Made by a program: the position numbers and the translations under genes. From positions 515 through 64,514 of the forward strand of contig MFFY01000061.1 of the NCBI GenBank assembly GCA_001778055.1: DNA of 64,000 nucleotides, written 5' to 3'. The notes under the pieces were generated by a model. It was not told where the DNA came from and made no database searches. It worked only from the letters and a program-made list of their open reading frames with translations. The DNA is from Candidatus Falkowbacteria bacterium RIFCSPLOWO2_12_FULL_45_13. Its GTDB lineage: Bacteria; Patescibacteriota; Patescibacteriia; Patescibacteriales; GWC2-42-12. Positions 8,454-17,281 of this stretch are shown here, one piece after another (position 1 is the stretch's first letter; each line of letters opens with the position of its first letter).

Positions 8454-10049
8454 CTAAATTAGACTCCGGCCCGTCATCTCGGCCGACTTTTCCAAATTCA
8501 TCAGTTTCAAAATTGTCGGCGCCACATCGGATAATATGCCTTGCGGCTGAACCAGGCTCAAATCTCCGCCGGGCGCGTCTCCTAAAGACAGGCTCTTGCC
8601 TTCATAGTCTTGGCCAACAATTATGAACGGCACGGGGTTGGCCGAATGCTCTTTGTCTATCTGGCCGGTTTGCATATTAAACAAAACCTCGGCGTTGCCG
8701 TGATCGGCGGTAATAAATATCAAACCGGATTTGCTTAAGACAGATTTAACAATTCTGCCCAGGCACTTATCAACCGTTTCAACGGCTTTAGCCGTGGCTT
8801 TTAAATTACCGGTATGGCCGACCATATCGGCGTTGGCGTAATTAACCAAAATAAAGTCATAACTGTCTTGTTCAACCGCCTCAACAACTTTGTCGGTTAT
8901 TTTAACGGCCGACATCTCGGGTTGTTCGTCATAACTGGAAACCGCCGGTGATTGAATTAACACATGGTCTTCGTCGATAGACTTGCTTTCTCGGCCGCCG
9001 TTAAAAAAATAAGTCACATGAGCGTATTTTTCGGTTTCCGCGATCCTTAACTGTTTCAGGCCGGCTTTAGCTAAAATTTCACCGAAAGTATGCCTGATAA
9101 TTTCCTTGGGAAAAACCGTTTCCATGGGTAAACTAATTTCATATTCGGAAAAGCCAGCAAAAAATATTTTCAAGTATTTTTCCCGCTTAAATTTTTCAAA
9201 ACCGGGCAAGACAAAAGCCTTAGCCAGCTGGCGCGCCCGGTCCGGCCGGTAATTAAAAAATATTACCACGTCGCCGTCTTCAATCATGGCCACAGGTTTA
9301 TTATTTTTAACAATTACCGTGGGCATAAACTCTTCGTCGTAAATCTTCTTTTTATAGCTGGCTTCAACCGCTTTCCCGGCCGACTCGTGTTTCTCGCCCA
9401 GGCCTTGCGTTATGGCTTGATACGACTTAGCCGTTCTACCCCAATGATTATCGCGGTCCATGGCATAAAATCGGCCGTGGACCGTGGCAATTTTGCCGAC
9501 AGTCCCTTTAAGAGATCTTTCGATTTCTTGAATAAAATTAATTCCGGAATTGAACGGCGTGTCCCGGCCGTCTAAAATCGCGTGAATATAAAAATTTTTC
9601 ACCTTCTTCTCTTTGGCCATTTCAATCAAGGCTTGAAGATGCTCCAGCGAAGAATGAACCGCTCCGGAGGAAACCAAACCGATAAAATGCAACTTTGAAT
9701 TATGATTTTCCGCCTGTTCAATGGCCTTTAACAAAACTTTATTCTTGTAAAAACTGCGGTCGGCGATCATTTTGTTGATTCTGGGCAAGCTCTGATATAA
9801 AATCCTCCCCAGCCCTAAATTAAGATGGCCGACTTCGCTATTGCCCGATTCGCCCCAAGGCAAGCCCACGCCCTCGCCCGAAGCCACTAATGTGGCGGAC
9901 GGGTACTTGGTTATATAGTTATTGATATTCGGGGTATTGGCCTGGCTAATGGCGTTGCCGGAATAAGGAGTGGTAATGCCCCAGCCATCCAAGACGATCA
10001 GCACGACTGGTTTTGGGCGTAAATTTTGTTCTTTATTTACCATAGACAT
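8454..10049 (-). CDS. gpmI: 2,3-bisphosphoglycerate-independent phosphoglycerate mutase (iPGM), paralog 1
   Basis: 531 aa. VVLIVLDGWG, GNSEVGHLNLGLGR and ADMVGHTG motifs place it in the alkaline-phosphatase superfamily iPGM group. Confidence 0.9.
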   Translation of the reverse strand: MSMVNKEQNLRPKPVVLIVLDGWGITTPYSGNAISQANTPNINNYITKYPSATLVASGEGVGLPWGESGNSEVGHLNLGLGRILYQSLPRINKMIADRSFYKNKVLLKAIEQAENHNSKLHFIGLVSSGAVHSSLEHLQALIEMAKEKKVKNFYIHAILDGRDTPFNSGINFIQEIERSLKGTVGKIATVHGRFYAMDRDNHWGRTAKSYQAITQGLGEKHESAGKAVEASYKKKIYDEEFMPTVIVKNNKPVAMIEDGDVVIFFNYRPDRARQLAKAFVLPGFEKFKREKYLKIFFAGFSEYEISLPMETVFPKEIIRHTFGEILAKAGLKQLRIAETEKYAHVTYFFNGGRESKSIDEDHVLIQSPAVSSYDEQPEMSAVKITDKVVEAVEQDSYDFILVNYANADMVGHTGNLKATAKAVETVDKCLGRIVKSVLSKSGLIFITADHGNAEVLFNMQTGQIDKEHSANPVPFIIVGQDYEGKSLSLGDAPGGDLSLVQPQGILSDVAPTILKLMNLEKSAEMTGRSLI

Positions 10050-10073
10050 TAATTTTAAATTTAAAATTTTTGA

Positions 10074-11714
10074 TTATTTTATTAGATTCTTGCCCGTCAT
10101 TTCTTTGGGTTTTTTAATATTTAACAACTCCAGTATGGTCGGCGCGATATCGCCTAAAACTCCGCCATTTCTTAATTTGACTTTATGGCCAAGGTTTTTG
10201 TTGATTAATACAAAGGGTACCAGATTAGTTGAATGCTCGGTATTGATTTCACCGGTTTTTAAATTAATCATCTCCTCGATATTGCCATGATCAGCCGTCG
10301 CTAAAACTGTGCCGCCGACGTTCAAATAAGCCTTAACAATTTCGCCCAGACACTTATCAACCCCATGGCAGCATTTTATCGCGGCGTCCAGATTGCCCGT
10401 GTGGCCGACCATGTCGGGCGCGGCAAAATTCAAAACCGTAAAGTCATATTTCCAGTCTAAACCCTTTTTCTGGCCAATATAACCCCCCTGCTCCCCTTTC
10501 AAAAGGGGGTGAGGGGGGGTTAAATTGTTGACCACTGCCTCGGTCAACTCCGCCGAACTCATCGTCGGCGTCTGATCATACGATCTGACGTTGGGCGAAG
10601 GCACAAGGCGCCGCCCTTCCCTCGCGATCGGATCGGCATAGCCGCCGTTAAAAAAATAAGTCACATGAGCGTATTTTTCCGATTCGGCGATATATAATTG
10701 CGACAAACCTTTTAGCGCCTGCGGCAAAGTCTGTTTTAAATCGACGCTGGGATAAGCGGTTAAAATACCGTCTAAGTCCGGTCCAAAATCAGTCATGGCC
10801 ACGAACAACAAATTTTTTAATACTTTTTTTCTTAAAAAAGAACCGGGATTTAATCTATCAAAATCTTTTTGCACGAAAACCTTGGCGAATTGCCTGGCCC
10901 GATCCGATCTTAAATTAAAAAAGATAACGCCGTCGCCGTTGCCGATCCGGGGTAAGGGCCGGCCATTTCTGGTGATCACATAGGGCTCAATAAATTCGTC
11001 GCTTTCGCCGCGGTTATAACTTTCCATGATCGCGGCTTCCGGGCTGGCGGCTTTCCGGCCCAAGCCGCTCGTTAAAGCATCATAAGCTTTTTCGGTTCTC
11101 GACCAGGTTTTTTTTCTGTCCATGGCGTAATATCGGCCGACGACGGAAGCGATGGCTTCGCCGTTTTTAAAAACTTTTTGGATATCTTCGACCAATTTCA
11201 AAGAGGCATACCTAGGCGAATCCCGGCCGTCGGTGAATAAATGCAAATAAACTTCCTTGACTTTAGTTATTTTAACCAAAGACAGCAGAGCCAGCAAATG
11301 GTCCGGGTCGCTATGCGCGCTCATGCCATTGGAGATCATGCCCATTAGATGAAGCTTGGATTTATTCTTTTTGACCTGGCGGATCGCCTCGATAAAACCG
11401 GCATTTTTAAAAAAAGTCCCGTTATTAACGCTTTTAGAAATTTTAACTACGTCTTGCTCGACAATTCTGCCGGCGCCAATATTCATATGCCCGGCTTCAG
11501 AATTACCCGATTGGCTCGGCGGCAGGCCCACGGCCTTGCCGGAAGCATTGATTAAAGTATTGGGAAATTTTTTAATCAAGCCGTCCATAACCGCGGTATT
11601 GGCCAAGGTGATGGCATTACCCTGGCTCGGTTCAGCCATGCCCCAGCCGTCTAGGATGACCAGAATCATGGGTAAAACATTTTTAGCTGGCTTATTTAAC
11701 TTTTCTGGTTTCAT
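10074..11714 (-). CDS. gpmI: 2,3-bisphosphoglycerate-independent phosphoglycerate mutase (iPGM), paralog 2 (tandem duplicate, carries an in-frame palindromic insertion)
   Basis: 546 aa. ILVILDGWG, GNSEAGHMNIGAGR and PDMVGHTG motifs. The segment NNLTPPHPLLKGEQGGYIGQKKGLDWK has no counterpart in paralog 1 and is encoded by the palindromic element at 10483-10520. Confidence 0.9.
   Translation of the reverse strand: MKPEKLNKPAKNVLPMILVILDGWGMAEPSQGNAITLANTAVMDGLIKKFPNTLINASGKAVGLPPSQSGNSEAGHMNIGAGRIVEQDVVKISKSVNNGTFFKNAGFIEAIRQVKKNKSKLHLMGMISNGMSAHSDPDHLLALLSLVKITKVKEVYLHLFTDGRDSPRYASLKLVEDIQKVFKNGEAIASVVGRYYAMDRKKTWSRTEKAYDALTSGLGRKAASPEAAIMESYNRGESDEFIEPYVITRNGRPLPRIGNGDGVIFFNLRSDRARQFAKVFVQKDFDRLNPGSFLRKKVLKNLLFVAMTDFGPDLDGILTAYPSVDLKQTLPQALKGLSQLYIAESEKYAHVTYFFNGGYADPIAREGRRLVPSPNVRSYDQTPTMSSAELTEAVVNNLTPPHPLLKGEQGGYIGQKKGLDWKYDFTVLNFAAPDMVGHTGNLDAAIKCCHGVDKCLGEIVKAYLNVGGTVLATADHGNIEEMINLKTGEINTEHSTNLVPFVLINKNLGHKVKLRNGGVLGDIAPTILELLNIKKPKEMTGKNLIK
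10483..10520. repeat. In-frame palindromic element (C5-TGACAAGG-AGGG family) inside the gpmI paralog 2 coding sequence
   Basis: cccccctgctcccctttcaaaagggggtgagggggggt is a near-palindrome. Related copies occur in eno, gap and rarA and at two intergenic sites. Confidence 0.7.
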
Positions 11715-11732
11715 ATATTAAATACACAAAAT

Positions 11733-11925
11733 GACAGTCTTCCTGTCATTGCGAGCCCCGACGCTCTGGGTGGGGCGAAGCAATCTCACGTATGACTATA
11801 CCTCACTAAATCTCGTAATAATTTTATTATGATTATTCTTTACCGTTCGAGATTGCCCGCCCGACTGAACGTCGTTCGGGCGGGCTTCGTCGCTGGCGCT
11901 CCTCGCAATGACAGAAACTTTACAT
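11733..11925. repeat. MITE-like structured repeat, copy B (between eno and gpmI)
   Basis: Termini gtcattgcgag...ctcgcaatgac, internal gcaatctcacg...cg.gagattgc, and the perfect hairpin gcccgcccga...cgggcgggc. Confidence 0.7.
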
Positions 11926-11934
11926 TTTTAACTG

Positions 11935-13251
11935 TCATTTTAATTTTTGATTTTTGCATTTTAAATTTTCTTCAATCTCCATCAGCCTGTTATATTTCGC
12001 CAGCCTTTCTCCCCGCGACAGCGACCCGGCCTTAATGTAATCAGCCCCGACCGCCACGGCTAAATCAGCGATAAAGTCATCCGTAGTTTCGCCCGAGCGA
12101 TGCGAAACAATAATTTTATAATTATGCTTCTTGGCCAGTTTTACGCAGTCAACCGTTTCCGACAGGGTCCCGACCTGATTGGGTTTTATTAAAATAGCGT
12201 TAGCGGCGTTTTCTTTCAAGCCTCGCCTCAAGCGCTCCGGATTGGTGACGAACAAATCATCGCCGACCAGCATTACGTCCCGGCCAAGCTCTTTATTTAA
12301 TTTTTGCCAGCCGGCCCAATCGTCTTCAGCTAAACCGTCTTCAAGGTAAATTATCGGATACTTCCTAAACCATTCGTAATATAAGCCGGCTAAAGTAGCC
12401 GCGGTGTAACTGGCGCGATCCAGCTTAAAAACATACCTGCCGTTTCTCTGATTATAAAGTTGAGATGAGCCTACATCAATGCCTAAGGCTAAATCTGCCC
12501 CGGGTTTATAACCAGCTTTAATTGCGGCCGCCATAATTAATTCAATCGCCTGGATGCTGGAACTGATATCCGGCGCGTAGCCGCCTTCATTGCCCACATC
12601 CGTGTCATAGCCAGCTCTTTTTAAAACATCCCCTAAAGCATGAAAAATCTCCGCGCCCATTCTAACTTGTTCGGCAAAACTTCTTCTCCCCCCCCTGACA
12701 AGGAGGGCTGGGGGTGTTAAATAAGCCAGGGGAATTATCATAAATTCCTGAAAATCCAGGTTGGTATCGGCGTGCTTGCCGCCGTTAAAAATATTAAAAC
12801 ATGGAACAGGTAATTGGAAATTGGAAATTGGAAATTGGAAATTATTAGAGATATATTCATATAACTCCAGACCAGAAGCCAAGGCGCCGGCGCGGGCGCA
12901 AGCGAGCGACACGGGCAGGATCGCATTAGCGCCTAATTTACTTTTATTTTTTGTACCATCTAATTTTATCATGATATCATCAATCTCCGCCTGCTTGGTT
13001 ACTCCAGCTCCGATTAGCTTAGGCGCGATTTTGCTTTCAATATTTTTAATGGCATGCAAAACCCCCAAACCGCCGTATCTTTTAGCATCATTGTCCCGCA
13101 GTTCCACGGCTTCATGCGCGCCCGTAGACGCGCCCGCAGGCGCGCTGGCTTTTGCTTTAACGCCATTATCCAATAAAACCGTGGCTTCCACAGTGGGATT
13201 GCCGCGCGAATCTAAAATCTCACGAGTCGTTATTTTTTTTATTTTAGGCAT
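11935..13251 (-). CDS. eno: Enolase (phosphopyruvate hydratase)
   Basis: 438 aa. TTREILDSRGNPTVEA, SAPAGASTGAHEAVELRD, SHRSGETTD and the full enolase domain order. It also contains an in-frame 12-aa insertion and a 7-bp tandem repeat. Confidence 0.95.
   Translation of the reverse strand: MPKIKKITTREILDSRGNPTVEATVLLDNGVKAKASAPAGASTGAHEAVELRDNDAKRYGGLGVLHAIKNIESKIAPKLIGAGVTKQAEIDDIMIKLDGTKNKSKLGANAILPVSLACARAGALASGLELYEYISNNFQFPISNFQLPVPCFNIFNGGKHADTNLDFQEFMIIPLAYLTPPALLVRGGRRSFAEQVRMGAEIFHALGDVLKRAGYDTDVGNEGGYAPDISSSIQAIELIMAAAIKAGYKPGADLALGIDVGSSQLYNQRNGRYVFKLDRASYTAATLAGLYYEWFRKYPIIYLEDGLAEDDWAGWQKLNKELGRDVMLVGDDLFVTNPERLRRGLKENAANAILIKPNQVGTLSETVDCVKLAKKHNYKIIVSHRSGETTDDFIADLAVAVGADYIKAGSLSRGERLAKYNRLMEIEENLKCKNQKLK
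12686..12716. repeat. In-frame palindromic element (same family as 10483-10520) inside eno
   Basis: ctcccccccctgacaaggagggctgggggtg. It encodes the extra YLTPPALLVRGGRR relative to the canonical EFMIQPVGAKT...IRMG loop of enolase. Confidence 0.7.
12808..12844. repeat. Coding microsatellite: about 4.5 copies of a 7-bp unit (GGAAATT / AATTGGA) inside eno
   Basis: ggtaattggaaattggaaattggaaattggaaatta. It encodes NNFQFPISNFQ in the variable loop preceding the conserved LPVP. Confidence 0.85.
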
Positions 13252-13276
13252 AAATTACTTACTTATTATTAAATAA

Positions 13277-13783
13277 TTACCAAGTATTGCAAACTGTTGT
13301 ATTCGCGCTACACAACATCCATGCCCAGGTAGGACGAAATGGATCATAAAACGGTTGACCGGCGGAAGGATAACTTTCCGGACTAACATGTGAAAGAAGT
13401 TTGTAATTTACAGTGTCGGAATAATATAGATAACCATTGCCGTTTGAACAGGGGCTAGGATCAATTGGTAATTTGCCAATATGGGTTGGCGCCAAATTGG
13501 GAATATAACCAGTAGCCCCGCTGGTCGGGTATCCGCCATAACTTGGGCAAGCGCTCCGCCAAGCGCCGCTGCTTGATGGATAAGCGCTATTAGCATCATA
13601 ATACAAATCTAACGCTTTTCTAATCTGGGTTAAATCGGCCTTTCTCCGCGTATCTCTGGCTTTTATCCTTACGCTATTAAAAACAACCATAGAAGCGGTC
13701 GCCAAAAAACCGATAATGCTAATGACAACCAATAGTTCAATTAAAGTAAAACCAAATTGTTTATTGATTTTTTCTTTAAACAT
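13277..13783 (-). CDS. Type IV pilin / pseudopilin (prepilin-type N-terminal cleavage/methylation domain)
   Basis: 168 aa. N-terminal KQFGFTLIELLVVISIIGFLA prepilin signal with invariant Glu+5, followed by a PulG-like region. Confidence 0.8.
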   Translation of the reverse strand: MFKEKINKQFGFTLIELLVVISIIGFLATASMVVFNSVRIKARDTRRKADLTQIRKALDLYYDANSAYPSSSGAWRSACPSYGGYPTSGATGYIPNLAPTHIGKLPIDPSPCSNGNGYLYYSDTVNYKLLSHVSPESYPSAGQPFYDPFRPTWAWMLCSANTTVCNTW

Positions 13784-13788
13784 AAATT

Positions 13789-14544
13789 TTACAAAATTTC
13801 ATACTCCACCGTGGCGATTATGATTATTTCATTACTGCCGGCCTCCACCGTTGGCCCTGCGCCACCGCCCAGGCCAGCAGCGGATTTTTCAAGCGCGTAA
13901 AACGGCTGCGGCGGATTGTCGCTGGACGATTCGCTGAAAGATATGACTTTCCCCAGTTTCACGCCCACTGCCTCTGCCAAGGTTTTGGCTTTTTCCTGGG
14001 CTTGCGCCAAAGCCTTCTCGCGCGCGGCCTGCTTCAACTGCTCCGGATTGTCAATTTCAAAACTTAAATTGCCGACTTGATTTAAGCCGATTACACCGGC
14101 CGCTTCAATAATACTGGAGACTCTGTCCATTTGCCTTAATTTTACGTTTAAGTTTTGGCTGACCAAGTAACCGCGTAAAGTTTGTTTGCCATCATTCCAA
14201 TCATACTGCGGCGAGATATAATAATTAGCCGTTTGAATATCTTTGGGGTCAATTTTAAAATCTTTTTTCAGTTTATCTATCATGGCGTTCATTTTATTGC
14301 TGTTGTCTTTCTGCGCCTCGGCCACAGTTTTTTTCTCAACCGAATAGCCTAATTGTATTTTGGCCACATCCGGCAAGCCGATAATTTTGCCCTCGCCCAT
14401 GATGCTGATAGAATGCGGTGTCTTGGGGCTGATGCCGATATAATCATGCGCCTTATACGCGTTCCAGGAAAGCAGCGCCAGATAAATTGAGCCAATCGTT
14501 AAAAATACGCCGATAAAAATTGTCACGATTTTGTTGGGAATCAT
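13789..14544 (-). CDS. SIMPL-domain (DUF541/BP26-like) secreted or membrane-anchored protein
   Basis: 251 aa. N-terminal TM/signal and C-terminal region NLSFEIDNPEQLKQAAREKALAQAQEKAKTLAEAVGVKLGKV, typical of SIMPL/BP26. Confidence 0.65.
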   Translation of the reverse strand: MIPNKIVTIFIGVFLTIGSIYLALLSWNAYKAHDYIGISPKTPHSISIMGEGKIIGLPDVAKIQLGYSVEKKTVAEAQKDNSNKMNAMIDKLKKDFKIDPKDIQTANYYISPQYDWNDGKQTLRGYLVSQNLNVKLRQMDRVSSIIEAAGVIGLNQVGNLSFEIDNPEQLKQAAREKALAQAQEKAKTLAEAVGVKLGKVISFSESSSDNPPQPFYALEKSAAGLGGGAGPTVEAGSNEIIIIATVEYEIL

Positions 14545-14592
14545 AAAATTAAATTAAAAATTAAAAAATCAAAATGAAAAATTAAGGTAAAA

Positions 14593-15747
14593 TTATTTCA
14601 CCAGACCTCTTAGCCCCGGCATCTCCTCGCCGCCCAAAAAGGCCAACATGGCGCCGCCGCCGGTCGACACCCAGTCAATATAATGACCCATCTTTGTCAT
14701 GTCAAGCGCCTCGACGGTCTCTCCGCCGCCCACGGCGCCGAAAGCCTGGCCGGTGGAGCGGGCGGCAACTAAGCGGGCCACGGATAAAGTGCCATGCTTA
14801 AAATGAATATTCTCAAAATATCCCATCGGGCCGTTCCAGACGATAGTATTGGCCTGTCGTATAAAATGCGCGAATAAATTAACGGTTTTCGGGCCGATAT
14901 CTAAAATTATATCCTTTTGCTGGACCTGATTAACCGCCCTGACCTGGACCTGATTGCTTTTAAAGTCGCCGGCCACCAGGACATCAACCGGCAGAATAAT
15001 ATTCTTATGGCGCTTGATTAGGCTGGCCGCGGCTCTTAAGCTAGCCTTATCGACGAGCGATTCGCCGATTTTAAATCCATGAGCGGCGATAAAATTGTTG
15101 GCCAGAGCGCCGCCGATCAAAACCCGATGTGATTTTTTGGCTAAGCTATTTAATAAAACGATTTTAGTTTCTATTTTGGCCCCGCCAATGATTGAAATTA
15201 GCGGCTGTTTCGGCCTTAAAACCTTTTCCAGATTTAAAATTTCTTTTTCCAGGAGCAGGCCGGCGAAGCTGGATAAATATTTTTTAATGGCGCTGACCGA
15301 AGCATGATTCCGGTGGCTCGAGGCGAAAGCGTCATTTACGTAAAGATTGGCTAAGGCCGCCAAACTTTTAGCAAGCTTATTATTATTTTTTACTTCGCCT
15401 GGCTCAAGACGTAAATTTTCCAAAAGTAAGATATCTTTAGCCGCCATTTTTTTTACCGCTTTTTCAACCTTATCGCCCACGCAACCGTTCACCAATCGCA
15501 CCTTTTTGTCCAATAATTGCGCCAACCTCTTGGCCACCGGTTTGGTTGACGCCCGGCTATCGGATAAATGGGTAGCGATAATCAAGCGGCAATTATGCCT
15601 TAACAAAAAACGAATCGTTGGCAAAATCATGACAATTTTATAATCATCCAGAACCGTCCTGTTTTTAATGGGCACATTCAAATCGGCGCGTAAAAAAACG
15701 ATTTTGCCGGCTAAATTATTGGCTCGCCTAATAGATTTAATTTTCAT
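14593..15747 (-). CDS. pgk: Phosphoglycerate kinase (the ORF is open up to 15903; likely true start is MKIKSIRR at 15747)
   Basis: Motifs KIVFLRADLNVP, ATHLS, and the C-terminal GGGETVEALD and STGGGAMLAFLGGEEMPGL. The 52-aa N-terminal extension has no homology to Pgk. Confidence 0.9.
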   Translation of the reverse strand: MKIKSIRRANNLAGKIVFLRADLNVPIKNRTVLDDYKIVMILPTIRFLLRHNCRLIIATHLSDSRASTKPVAKRLAQLLDKKVRLVNGCVGDKVEKAVKKMAAKDILLLENLRLEPGEVKNNNKLAKSLAALANLYVNDAFASSHRNHASVSAIKKYLSSFAGLLLEKEILNLEKVLRPKQPLISIIGGAKIETKIVLLNSLAKKSHRVLIGGALANNFIAAHGFKIGESLVDKASLRAAASLIKRHKNIILPVDVLVAGDFKSNQVQVRAVNQVQQKDIILDIGPKTVNLFAHFIRQANTIVWNGPMGYFENIHFKHGTLSVARLVAARSTGQAFGAVGGGETVEALDMTKMGHYIDWVSTGGGAMLAFLGGEEMPGLRGLVK

Positions 15748-15940
15748 AAAGCTTGTTAATATTATAACATAAATAAAAATAAAATTAAAACCCGTTGCAC
15801 CCGTCCAACGGTTAATGCCAAACAGGTTCTGATTTAATTTATTTAGGACTGACGCATTTGAAAAACCTCCGTCAAACGCGTAAGTCCTATCGCTATTTAT
15901 CAACCCGGCTTATAGCGATTTGTGAACTAAGCGCCAAGCG

Positions 15941-17095
15941 CTACTTTATGGCCTCCAGCCGCAACCTGACTTCCCGCTCTAAGTCATTGCGTAAAACAAC
16001 CAAATCAATCACTTCTCCGGCCTCGCGATCCTGAATAACATCAGCCAAATCATTGTCTTTATTTAAGAAAACATCGTCAACGGAAATAATGACATCGCCT
16101 TCGCGCAAGCCCGCTTTATCGGCCGGACTATCCTTTCTGACCGCCGGCGCCTTGGAGCTTCTGTGAATAATCACGCCTTTCTGCCAACGGCTATTTTGGC
16201 CGTCAACTTCGGCCAGCTCGTCCAAAACGATATAGTTAATCCCCAAATAAATCCTAGCGCTGGTTTTATTTTTAAATAAACTTTTAACCGCGCCGCCAAA
16301 ATGATTGATCGGCTCAATTTCTCCCCGATCGTCAGCCAGTCCCAAGGCCTCGCCGGCCAAATTAAAGATAATTGAGCCTTGAAATTCCGGCGGCAGCTTG
16401 TCGTTTAATAAGAGCTTCTCCGAAAAACTGTCGCTCGATTTCACCAGGCCGCCGGTCCGGCTAAAACCGGCCACCGCGGAAACGAGGCTTGAGCCCAGCC
16501 AATTAACGGCCACGGCTAATTGTCCGCTTTTTACCCGTTGGTCTTCCGCGAATTTTCTGACCGGTAAATCCCGAGCCTGAACATGGATAAAATTAAACTT
16601 GGTCAGATTATCGACCACGGCTTTGTCAATCTGGTATATTTTTTTATCCTTGGTAATGACCGCGTAATCGTTATAGCTTTTATCCAGGGCTTGGCTCGTA
16701 ACAATCCAGCCATCCGAGGTTATAATAAATCCCTGACCGCTCGGTTCGTTAATTTTATAAAAATTATCTAAAATAAAAAGCTGGTTTGATTTAACGGGTT
16801 TCTGCTTTTTATAAATTCCCACTAAACTGCTCGAAACCGAATTAATGGTCTCGTCTACTTTAGCGTCCTGCTGCACAATCACGTTCTTGGGATTGCTTAT
16901 CACCAGGCCTTGGTCGCCGTATTGGCCGTTGGAAAAATCCAGATTGCCAAAAGACGAAAAACCGTACCAAGAATCAGCCAGATAAGCTTGGGCCGTTATT
17001 TCCCCGACCAAGCCGCCGCCCAGCCCAAAAATCAGAGATATTATAATCAAGACGATTAAATTGTGTTTTTTAAAAAAATCTTTGACTCTTCTCAT
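15941..17095 (-). CDS. PDZ-domain periplasmic protein (HtrA-like architecture, catalytic triad not evident)
   Basis: 384 aa. N-terminal TM, C-terminal PDZ-like GLREGDVIISVDDVFLNKDNDLADVIQDREAGEVIDLVVLRND. No clear GNSGG serine motif. Confidence 0.5.
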   Translation of the reverse strand: MRRVKDFFKKHNLIVLIIISLIFGLGGGLVGEITAQAYLADSWYGFSSFGNLDFSNGQYGDQGLVISNPKNVIVQQDAKVDETINSVSSSLVGIYKKQKPVKSNQLFILDNFYKINEPSGQGFIITSDGWIVTSQALDKSYNDYAVITKDKKIYQIDKAVVDNLTKFNFIHVQARDLPVRKFAEDQRVKSGQLAVAVNWLGSSLVSAVAGFSRTGGLVKSSDSFSEKLLLNDKLPPEFQGSIIFNLAGEALGLADDRGEIEPINHFGGAVKSLFKNKTSARIYLGINYIVLDELAEVDGQNSRWQKGVIIHRSSKAPAVRKDSPADKAGLREGDVIISVDDVFLNKDNDLADVIQDREAGEVIDLVVLRNDLEREVRLRLEAIK

Positions 17096-17281
17096 AAATT
17101 CCTTAATGCCGCCTTGGCTAAATATTTATTCGCGGCCTACGCGCATATAACGCATGGATTATGCTAGAGCCTGTCTCAAAAATAGCTTTTAGTCATTTTT
17201 GAGATAGACTCTAGTTAATGATTTTAATTTTGCATTTTATTGATTCGTAATATTTGCAGCTGATTCGTAGATTTGCGGGGC

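Noticed and set aside
12761-13276. Plus-strand 171-aa ORF containing a GNWKLEIGNWKL repeat
   Set aside because: It is antisense to the well-supported enolase gene. The peptide repeat is simply the reverse reading of the 7-bp microsatellite.
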